From a virus (Duplodnaviria > Caudoviricetes), in IMG/VR virus record IMGVR_UViG_3300038426_000018, positions 1-56,331 of that record: a stretch of 56,331 bases of DNA; one strand, 5' to 3'. Positions 1-7,521 of this stretch are shown here, in pieces; the first letter of the stretch is position 1; the number at the start of each line of letters is the position of its first letter. The position numbers and the translations under genes are program-made. The notes beneath the pieces were generated by a model that saw only the letters and a program-made list of their open reading frames with translations, was not told the origin of the DNA and made no database searches.

Positions 1-252
1 CACAATAACGGACTTGTTCAACAGTATGCGGACTGGAAAATCAGCGGGTCCGCGCAACGTCATATTCGCGCCGAAGATGGAGGGATATTCGAACCTTTTG
101 AGAGCGCATGGTGGGCAAATCCTTATTCCAGCACATACGTCAACACCTTAACCGGCACGCCCGGTTTCAGCATCGCTTTTGCTGATTGCAGGACAGGCGG
201 ACAGGCGCGTTTCTATGCGCAGAGTTTCAGCGGATCCGCGACCGGCAAAAGA
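1..252. repeat. Terminal direct repeat (copy 1 of 56080-56331); circular assembly overlap
   Basis: Bases 1-252 match 56080-56331 except T127 vs G56206; the reading frame runs through the junction. Confidence 0.95.
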
Positions 253-1398
253 TTCATCGTTCAATCGAACAGCCATATTGGCACCGGAGGACACGCGCTA
301 ACCTGGTTGCCTGGCGACACAGCCGGCGAACTCGACGGTACCGGAACTTATGACGACACAGTGAGCGCCGCGCTCATAGGAACTGGCAGCGCGCCCAGCG
401 CAACAATTTATCTCGAGCCCGAACTTCCAGAAGAACCGTTTATGATTCCAGGGCCAGAGGGCAAAAAGGGCGACACTGGAGGCATAGGCCCCGCTGGCGG
501 TTCTGGCGTTCAAGGCCCCCCGGGAGTAGCTTTGATTTTAGAGCCGGATCCGTCTGAAGATCCAATGATGATTCCGGGTCCTATCGGAGCCACTGGCGCA
601 ACAGGAGCGGCCGGCGGACGCACTCAATTAACTCAGAACACAACTTACTATGTGCGCACGGATGGCAACGATTCGAACGACGGCAGCGCAAACAACTCCG
701 GTCATGCGTGGCTGACTCTGCAACATGCTATCAGTGTTTATCAGAGTTTGGACTGCAACGGCTACGATGTCACGATTTCCGTAGCGGACGGCACCTGGAC
801 GGCGGGGATGAATATTACTGGCAGACAGGGAGCCGGGAATTTATATCTCACAGGGAACGCGACCACTCCCGCGAACTGCGTTATCAACGCCACCAGCTCC
901 AACTGTCTCGGCGCTACCGGGCATCCGATGGGAAGCATCATATACTTCAATGGATTTAAGTTGACCACTACCACATCCGGCCAATGCATCTATGCCGCTG
1001 CGGGATCTCAGATTTACTATCATAACATTGAGTTTGGTTCTTGCGCGGGCTATCACATTCTGGTGCAGGGTGGCGCATCGCTTGTCTTGCTTGGAAACTG
1101 TAAAATTTCCGGAGGCGCCGGCAGTCACGTACTCGCCCAAACACAAGGAGGATGGTTCAACGGCACAAGCGGCGTCACTATAACCATAACTGGAACTCCG
1201 GCGTTTTCTCTGGCGTTTTTCTACATATCGGTACTCGCCCTTGCCGCTATTTCGAATACAGTAACCTGGAGCGGATCCGCAACCGGCAAAAGATACGTTT
1301 CAGATTCACTCAGCATCATAAATACCAATGGTTCCTCTTCAACCTATTTGCCCGGAAATGCTTCCGGTACAACTTCCAACGGAGGATTATATGTTTAG
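1..1398 (+). CDS. 3' part of fibre/spike protein (gene starts at 55477, about 666 aa joined): two beta-helix-like domains separated by a collagen-like linker
   Basis: Frame 1 is open from base 1 to 1398 and continuous with 55477-56331; Gly-X-Y runs (GPEGKKGDTGGIGPAG, GPIGATGATGAAG); YVRTDGNDSNDG...HAWLTLQHA...DGT domain start. Confidence 0.8.
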   Translation, partial: HNNGLVQQYADWKISGSAQRHIRAEDGGIFEPFESAWWANPYSSTYVNTLTGTPGFSIAFADCRTGGQARFYAQSFSGSATGKRFIVQSNSHIGTGGHALTWLPGDTAGELDGTGTYDDTVSAALIGTGSAPSATIYLEPELPEEPFMIPGPEGKKGDTGGIGPAGGSGVQGPPGVALILEPDPSEDPMMIPGPIGATGATGAAGGRTQLTQNTTYYVRTDGNDSNDGSANNSGHAWLTLQHAISVYQSLDCNGYDVTISVADGTWTAGMNITGRQGAGNLYLTGNATTPANCVINATSSNCLGATGHPMGSIIYFNGFKLTTTTSGQCIYAAAGSQIYYHNIEFGSCAGYHILVQGGASLVLLGNCKISGGAGSHVLAQTQGGWFNGTSGVTITITGTPAFSLAFFYISVLALAAISNTVTWSGSATGKRYVSDSLSIINTNGSSSTYLPGNASGTTSNGGLYV

Positions 1399-2248
1399 TG
1401 CGATTAGGCGATTGAGTGTTTTTGTGTTTCTGTCTCTGATTCTGATTTCAAGCGTTTCTTTCGCTCAAAGACAACTACTCAGCCAGAATACAACATTTTA
1501 TGTCCGCGTCGACGGAAGTGATTCCAACGATGGCTCGGCGGACGATCCGGCTGACGCTTTTCTCACTATCCAGCATGCAGTCGACGTGTACCAATCAATA
1601 GACTGCGCGGGATTCGATGTCACAATTCAGGTGGAAGACGGCGCATACACAAAGGGCGTCTTGATAACTTCTCGAGTAGGAGCAGGCAATTTGTACCTTA
1701 CCGGAAATCCAAACACGCCGGCGAATTGTTGGATAGCCGTTACCGGAGGCAATGCTATTTCCATTCAAGGTCACCCGCAAGGCAGCGTCGTGATTCTGAA
1801 TGGCTTCAAACTGAGCACCATTACCAGCGGTGAATGTCTTTTCTCCCAGGGCGGAGCCCAAGTCTTTTATAAAAACATCGAATTCGGATCGTGCGCAGGA
1901 TTTCACTTGAACGCCAACGAAGATGGGATTTTCTATTTAATAGGCCCTTGCAAGATTTCAGGCGGAGCGATAGCGCATATCGTCGCTCAAGTGGGCGGAA
2001 AATGGCTTAATATTGCGGGTCCGGTAACGATAACGATTGTGGGAACGCCCGCTTTTTCTCAAGCCTTTTGCTGGGCTGTCAATTTGGGTTTTGCGGGTAT
2101 AACCAATCAAATAACCTGGAGCGGATCCGCGACCGGAAAGAGATACGAATCCGATAACCTATCGGTTATCACTACATACAGCGCGGGAGCGAATTACTTG
2201 CCGGGCAGCATAGCGGGAACGACAATGTACGGCGGAGTCTACATTTAA
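1391..2248 (+). CDS. Stand-alone paralog of the fibre beta-helix domain with a predicted Sec signal peptide (285 aa)
   Basis: GGAGG at 1381, ATG at 1391; MFSAIRRLSVFVFLSLILISSVSFA|QRQ; remainder is colinear with the last domain of the upstream gene. Confidence 0.8.
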   Translation: MFSAIRRLSVFVFLSLILISSVSFAQRQLLSQNTTFYVRVDGSDSNDGSADDPADAFLTIQHAVDVYQSIDCAGFDVTIQVEDGAYTKGVLITSRVGAGNLYLTGNPNTPANCWIAVTGGNAISIQGHPQGSVVILNGFKLSTITSGECLFSQGGAQVFYKNIEFGSCAGFHLNANEDGIFYLIGPCKISGGAIAHIVAQVGGKWLNIAGPVTITIVGTPAFSQAFCWAVNLGFAGITNQITWSGSATGKRYESDNLSVITTYSAGANYLPGSIAGTTMYGGVYI

Positions 2249-2273
2249 GGCAATCATTTAAAAGGGGGAAACC

Positions 2274-2645
2274 ATGGCAGCAAACAAACAAATCAGATTC
2301 GGCCCTGTGGCCTTAGGGAATACAGCCGCAAACATCGTCAACCCGGCCCTGGGCGCTCTCACCGGCCCGGTGGGATTCACCATGACGCAGCTTTATGTCA
2401 TCTTGAAGCATATTCGCCTCGTCAACAAAACAGCCGGCGCTATCACCGTCTCTCTGTATGTCGGAGCAACCGCAGGCAGCGCGGCCGGAACTGAATTTCT
2501 TGGGACGGCGCTCTCTATCCCAGCCAATTCATATGTTGATTGGTATGGGGCGCTCAGATTGGATTCCGCAGATTTCCTAAGCGGACTAGCCAGCGCGGCA
2601 ACCTCAATCACTTTCGTAGCTGAGGGCGAAATCGGAATTTCGTAA
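2274..2645 (+). CDS. Small beta-rich virion/decoration-like protein
   Basis: Purine-rich RBS; 123 aa; structural-module position. Confidence 0.65.
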   Translation: MAANKQIRFGPVALGNTAANIVNPALGALTGPVGFTMTQLYVILKHIRLVNKTAGAITVSLYVGATAGSAAGTEFLGTALSIPANSYVDWYGALRLDSADFLSGLASAATSITFVAEGEIGIS

Positions 2646-2657
2646 CAAAGGAGATTT

Positions 2658-2726
2658 ATGGGACCAGCGGAAATATGGCCTATGATTGCGGGCGGCGCTG
2701 CCGTGGTTTTCGGCGCCGCGAATTGA
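2658..2726 (+). CDS. 22-aa hydrophobic micro-ORF MGPAEIWPMIAGGAAVVFGAAN
   Basis: Strong AAAGGAG RBS; fills the intergenic gap; resembles the N-terminus of 19050-19517. Confidence 0.4.
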   Translation: MGPAEIWPMIAGGAAVVFGAAN

Positions 2727-2735
2727 GGTGACGCG

Positions 2736-3593
2736 ATGGCCGTCCAACAGATCAGCGAAAAGATGATCGGAACCGCAGACGGGACGAACGCGGTGTTCAA
2801 CACGTCGAAGGTTCCCAACGCGGACACGATCTCGATTTTCGTCGACGACGCGGCAGTCGCTATGGCTTCGGTGGACCCGAACGACCCGACGAAGTTCACC
2901 CTGGCTTCTCCTCCTGCGTCGGGGCATCGGCCGTTCGCGGTCTACCTGTTTTCCGCAGCGGACGACATCGACTTCGTCACGGTCGCACAGGTCAAAGGCA
3001 TCGGAGAGATAACGACCTCGAAAGACGACGGCCAACTGCAGGATCTCATCACGTATTTCGCGGAGTTTTTCAACGGCCAAACCGGCTGCCGCGTCCACAA
3101 CAGAATCTTGCCCATCACCGATGACCCGCCTTATGACGGACCCGGAGGGCAGAAACTTTTCTTGCGCAATTATCCGATCCGGTCGATTCAGACCGTCATG
3201 GTCAACGGCGTGACTCTCCCGATCGCTGCCGGCAGAACCGACGGCGGGGTGGTGATAACCAATAACGGCCGCGCGATTGCCCTGCGCCCTCCTGCAGGCT
3301 CGATGCAATGGAGTTTCCAATCGTACCCGTTGGGCATCGGGGCCTGGCAGTTCTCCCAGGGAATCGCGAACGTGTACGTGGACTACACCGCAGGCAACGA
3401 CGGGACGCCAGCGGACCTCTCGCAGGCCACGGCCGAGCAGATCGCGATCGAGTACAAGCGGAAAACCTATTTCGACATGAGGTCGAAAGTCCAATCGGTC
3501 GGAGGCGGGAGCGCAACCACGACCTATCGGGACTGGCACCTCACGCCGAAGATGCAGCGAATCTTGATGAAGTATTCGAGGCTCACCGTATGA
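2736..3593 (+). CDS. Head-tail adaptor (gp6/gp15-like) with N-terminal small beta domain
   Basis: YDGPGGQKLFLRNYPIRSI, VDYTAG..PADL.QA motifs; position after the head genes. Confidence 0.75.
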   Translation: MAVQQISEKMIGTADGTNAVFNTSKVPNADTISIFVDDAAVAMASVDPNDPTKFTLASPPASGHRPFAVYLFSAADDIDFVTVAQVKGIGEITTSKDDGQLQDLITYFAEFFNGQTGCRVHNRILPITDDPPYDGPGGQKLFLRNYPIRSIQTVMVNGVTLPIAAGRTDGGVVITNNGRAIALRPPAGSMQWSFQSYPLGIGAWQFSQGIANVYVDYTAGNDGTPADLSQATAEQIAIEYKRKTYFDMRSKVQSVGGGSATTTYRDWHLTPKMQRILMKYSRLTV

Positions 3594-4228
3594 TTTATTC
3601 GTTCTCGAACACCGACCAGATCCTCGTGGCGAAGTTGCGCGGGCGAGGCCCGATCCTGATAAAGGCCCTTTCGAACAAGTTGAACAACCTGGGCCTGCGC
3701 CTGCAATCGAAGATCCGGACCGAGAAGCTGGAAGGAGGAACGCCGCTGCATCGGAGGTCGGGCGAGCTCTCCCGGTCGGTGCAGTTCTTTCCGACCGAGG
3801 CCTCGGGCAGCCGGTTGGAAATGCGCGTCGAGGCGGCCGGGGCGACGGCCTTCTACGGAAGGATTCACGAGCGCGGAGGGCGGGGCACCTACGAGATCGT
3901 TCCGAAGAACAAACAGGCCCTCGCCTTCGGAGCCGGTGAATTCGCCGTGCCTCTGCGCGGGGGCGGGGTCGCTTCGAAGTATCAAATTTTAAAAGCCCTG
4001 TCGAGCCGCACCGAGTCGACCCACGCCTACGGAGCCAGGCTGGCGCGAAGAGCGCCGATGGCCGAATTCGAAGGCGGTCAGATGACTTCTTCCGGAATGG
4101 TTGTCGTGAAGAAAGTCGTCCACCCGCCGCTGCCGGCGAGGCCGTTCATGAAACCCGCGTACGAAGAGATGAGGCCCACGATCGTTTCGGAATTGCAGCA
4201 GACGACGAACGAGGCCCTGAAAGGTTGA
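3590..4228 (+). CDS. Neck/tail-completion protein (HK97 gp10-like)
   Basis: RSGELSRS, YGRIHERGG, HPPLPARPFMKPA motifs; ATGA overlap with the upstream gene. Confidence 0.75.
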   Translation: MIYSFSNTDQILVAKLRGRGPILIKALSNKLNNLGLRLQSKIRTEKLEGGTPLHRRSGELSRSVQFFPTEASGSRLEMRVEAAGATAFYGRIHERGGRGTYEIVPKNKQALAFGAGEFAVPLRGGGVASKYQILKALSSRTESTHAYGARLARRAPMAEFEGGQMTSSGMVVVKKVVHPPLPARPFMKPAYEEMRPTIVSELQQTTNEALKG

Positions 4229-4689
4229 CCGTGAAAGGCAAACCGAAAAGAGAAGATCTTTATCAGGCTTTGTTCAAGCACGTGTGTCAGACGCCTTGCC
4301 CCGACGGGCAATCCTGGGGAAAGCAGATCCGGGGATTCGTGGAGGTCGCGAACGTGGCTTCGGCGGACCAACCGGCCATGTGCCTCGCGAAAGGATTCGA
4401 GCGGGCGGTCCGCAGGCGAGAGGAAGGCGTCACCACTTGGGATTGGGTTTTCGGCTTGTGGATTTATTTCCGCGTCAACGCCACGGTCGTCGACGCCGAT
4501 TGGAAATTCACGGACGACGTGATGGACGCCCTCGACGCGAACCTGGCGGCCTTCCCTGCAGACATGCAGTCGCTCGGGGGGATCGTCAACGATTGTTTCA
4601 TCGAAGGCGAAATCGCGCCGATGCCCGACCCGGAACAAACTCAGCAGCAAACGTTGATCGTGCCGATCGTCGTCGTGACGGGCGACTGA
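4225..4689 (+). CDS. Putative tail terminator protein
   Basis: Size and position before the tail tube gene; QSLGGIVNDCFIEGEI C-terminus. Confidence 0.65.
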   Translation: MTVKGKPKREDLYQALFKHVCQTPCPDGQSWGKQIRGFVEVANVASADQPAMCLAKGFERAVRRREEGVTTWDWVFGLWIYFRVNATVVDADWKFTDDVMDALDANLAAFPADMQSLGGIVNDCFIEGEIAPMPDPEQTQQQTLIVPIVVVTGD

Positions 4690-4704
4690 TCCGATAATAC
4701 AACC

Positions 4705-4727
4705 GGGGCGCGAAGGCGTCCCCTTTC
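4705..4727 (+). terminator. GC hairpin with short T run (weak terminator/attenuator)
   Basis: GGGGCGC-GAAG-GCGTCCCC-TTT. Confidence 0.35.
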
Positions 4728-4742
4728 AAAGGAGACAGATCC

Positions 4743-5492
4743 ATGAAGCAATTCGGCATCGGTTTGGTGGTCGGAGTTCCTACCAGCGCAGGAAACCTCG
4801 CCACGCCTTCGTTTCCCCAACGGTTCGGCGTGATCAAGGAAGCCCAGGTGGAATTTTCCGGCAAGCTTGAAAAACTTTGGGGCCAGAACAAACTGCCGGA
4901 CGACATCGCGGCGTCCGACATGGAATTCAAAGGCAAGGCGGCCTTCGCGGAAATAGAGTCCGACGTCTACAACTCTTTGTTCTTCGGGGACGTCATTTCG
5001 ACCGGGTCGAAGAAGATGGTTTCGGACGAGGCCCCCGCAGCGGTCGCGGGCAACAACTTCACGGTCGCGAACGGCGGCAACAACTTCTATCAAAACTTCG
5101 GGCTGCGCTACGCGTCGACGGGCGTCACCCTCGAACAGGTCGGAGCGGGGAACGAGGCCACCGGCAAGTACAGCGTCAGCGCGACGGGCAAATACACGCT
5201 CGGAGGGAACGACGCGGGCAACAACGTGTTGTTCCTGGTGTCCTACGCCTACACGTCGACGGCCGGGAAAACCCTGTTGGTTACCAACCACCTGCAAGGG
5301 TACGGCCCGGTGTTCGAACTCTGGCTGTCGATGCCTTACCAGGGTGACAACGGCGTCCACCTGTTCCAATGCAAGTCGTCGAAAATGAGCCTGCCCCTCG
5401 ACAGGGCGAAGCACGTTTTCTCGGACTTCGAGTTCGAGTCGTTCCCGAACGCGGCCGGAAGCATCATGGAGTTTTTCCAAACCACCGCGTAG
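4743..5492 (+). CDS. Major tail (tube) protein
   Basis: AAAGGAG RBS; 249 aa beta-rich; position between terminator and chaperones/tape measure. Confidence 0.75.
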   Translation: MKQFGIGLVVGVPTSAGNLATPSFPQRFGVIKEAQVEFSGKLEKLWGQNKLPDDIAASDMEFKGKAAFAEIESDVYNSLFFGDVISTGSKKMVSDEAPAAVAGNNFTVANGGNNFYQNFGLRYASTGVTLEQVGAGNEATGKYSVSATGKYTLGGNDAGNNVLFLVSYAYTSTAGKTLLVTNHLQGYGPVFELWLSMPYQGDNGVHLFQCKSSKMSLPLDRAKHVFSDFEFESFPNAAGSIMEFFQTTA

Positions 5493-5500
5493 GAGGTCCG

Positions 5501-6736
5501 ATGGCGTTCACACCCAAGAAAACGTTGTTCACGCTGGCGGTCGACGATTACCCGAAGGAGATCACGGCGCTGACCTTCCCGATGCTGCAGGGATACGCGG
5601 AGAAGATCGGCGCCGACTTCCACGTCATCACCGAACGCCGTTTCCCCGATTGGCCGGTGGTCTGCGAGAAATGGCAGATCCACCGCTTGATGCAGGAACT
5701 CGGGAGCATGTGGGGCGTCTTCTTCGACGCCGACGCGCTGGTGCACCCCGAGACTCCGGATTTCACGGGCCTGCTGCCGTTGACCACCGTCGCGACGTGG
5801 AAACGGGACAGCGCGGGCCTGCGTTACAAACTCGATCGCCATTTCATCCGGGACGGCCGCTCGATCGGGACCTGCGGATGGTGTTCCATCGCCAGCTACA
5901 TGTGCCTCGACCTGTGGAAGCCGCCCGACGACCTGACGTTCGAGCAGGCGCTCGACCAGGTTTACCCCACGGTCGGGGAAGCCTCGAAAGGAATGGAGCG
6001 CAGCCACCTGTTGGACGACTATATTCTTTCGCGGAACATCGCCGAACGGCATTACGATTTCATCACCCTCGAAAACCTCCTCGGCAAACTCAGCCTGTTG
6101 AACATGAGTTTTGCCGTTCACGGTTACCTGATGAGCGTCGAGGACAAAGTGGACCTCCTGAAGACGACCCTTCGGACCTGGCGTTGCGGCCCGCCGTTGC
6201 CCGAGCCGGAAACGGTCTACAAGTCGCCCGGGATCGAAGGCTGGATCACGGACGAAGAGTTGCAGTGGTTGTTCGAACAGGCCCGGAAGCGCCGAAGCGT
6301 TTTGGAGGTCGGCTCTTGGTGCGGCCGGTCGACCCACGCCCTGCTGTCCGGATGTCCGGGGATCGTCATCGCGGTCGACACCTGGAAAGGTTCACCGACG
6401 GAACGGGCGGGACCCCACCGGAGGGCAGCCGAGGACCCGGAGTCGGTCTATTCCGATTTTATGAAGAACGTCGGGGCCATGCCGAACCTGCAGATCCTCC
6501 GCATGGATTCGATCGAGGCTTCCCGGAAGTTCGGGAACAAGTGCCTCGACATGGTGTTCCTCGACGGCAGCCACGAGTACGAGGATTTCAGTCGGGACCT
6601 GGCGGCCTGGATTCCGAAAACCCGTTTCATTTGCGGGCACGATCGGAACCAGGAAGGCGTTCCTTTGGGCCTGAAGGAAGCCGGGATTCAAATCTTGGAA
6701 GGGCCAGGGTCGATCTGGATAGGCGACCTGGTATAA
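5501..6736 (+). CDS. Glycosyltransferase-like (GT-A, DAD) domain fused to class I SAM methyltransferase (Methyltransf_24-like)
   Basis: AGGAGG RBS; YAEKIGADF..GVFFDADALV in N half; VLEVGSWCGRST, AVDTWKGS, DMVFLDGSHEYE, ICGHD in C half. Confidence 0.8.
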   Translation: MAFTPKKTLFTLAVDDYPKEITALTFPMLQGYAEKIGADFHVITERRFPDWPVVCEKWQIHRLMQELGSMWGVFFDADALVHPETPDFTGLLPLTTVATWKRDSAGLRYKLDRHFIRDGRSIGTCGWCSIASYMCLDLWKPPDDLTFEQALDQVYPTVGEASKGMERSHLLDDYILSRNIAERHYDFITLENLLGKLSLLNMSFAVHGYLMSVEDKVDLLKTTLRTWRCGPPLPEPETVYKSPGIEGWITDEELQWLFEQARKRRSVLEVGSWCGRSTHALLSGCPGIVIAVDTWKGSPTERAGPHRRAAEDPESVYSDFMKNVGAMPNLQILRMDSIEASRKFGNKCLDMVFLDGSHEYEDFSRDLAAWIPKTRFICGHDRNQEGVPLGLKEAGIQILEGPGSIWIGDLV

Positions 6737-6868
6737 GGCTATGGCTTTGCGTACCGCAGCACCGCTGCAAAGAGATCGTGACAAGGCGTGGGTGTTTACA
6801 TTACCCTCGTCCCCGACCTCGACAGCGACCGTTTAAAACGAAGTTTTCGTTCGGGAAGGAGAACGAGC

Positions 6869-7204
6869 ATGCGAACCAAGGAAATTGACATCGACGGGCA
6901 GAAATACAAGATCGGCGCACTGAGTTTCGACCAGGTGGAAGCCTACCTCGCGCCTATGCCGGAGAACCTGGAAACCGACGACGAGAAGGCGAAAGCCTAC
7001 AGGACGCGGGCGATCGAAATGATCTGCAGCGGACTGAACAACGGCATCCCGGAATCGAACGGGAACGTGCAGAAGGGTTGGGACGAAGCCCGGTTCCGCA
7101 AGGAGTGCGATTACGTGGTGTTCAACAAGCTGCACGACGAAATTCTTATCTTCTCCGGCCTGAAGCTGGAGACCCCGAAGCCCGAACTGCCGGGGGGGGT
7201 GTAG
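6869..7204 (+). CDS. Tail assembly chaperone (gpG-like)
   Basis: AAGGAG RBS; directly upstream of tape measure; ends on a G8 slippery run. Confidence 0.75.
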   Translation: MRTKEIDIDGQKYKIGALSFDQVEAYLAPMPENLETDDEKAKAYRTRAIEMICSGLNNGIPESNGNVQKGWDEARFRKECDYVVFNKLHDEILIFSGLKLETPKPELPGGV

Positions 7205-7521
7205 GCTCCGAAATCGATTTCGCCGACATTAGGAGCCGGATCGCCACGGCGACCGGGACGTCCTGGCCCGACATCGGCCGAATCCCCTGGCCCGACGTTT
7301 TGGCCTTGCATCGGCATTGGACCATGTTCCCACCGGCGCACGTGACCCTGGCCCTGATAATCGGAGCGGCCGGGAAAGCGACCTCGAACCAACCAGATCG
7401 GATCCGCGAGGAGGAGGACCGAGCGTTCGCCTCGTTGGGACCTGCGAGATCGTTCGATTCCCTGCCTCCGGTCGTCCAAGAGTTCCTGAAGGAAAACACC
7501 GGCAAACAGAAAGAGGTCTAA
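7192..7521 (+). CDS. -1 frameshift extension of the tail chaperone (gpT-like)
   Basis: CCG GGG GGG GTG TAG; the -1 frame is open to 7521, has no evident RBS/start and abuts the tape measure ATG. Confidence 0.7.
   Translation, partial: GGGVGSEIDFADIRSRIATATGTSWPDIGRIPWPDVLALHRHWTMFPPAHVTLALIIGAAGKATSNQPDRIREEEDRAFASLGPARSFDSLPPVVQEFLKENTGKQKEV

Noticed and set aside
1-2248. Diversity-generating retroelement acting on the repeated fibre domains
   Set aside because: No reverse transcriptase ORF, and no near-identical TR/VR pair differing at adenines; the single overlap mismatch is T/G
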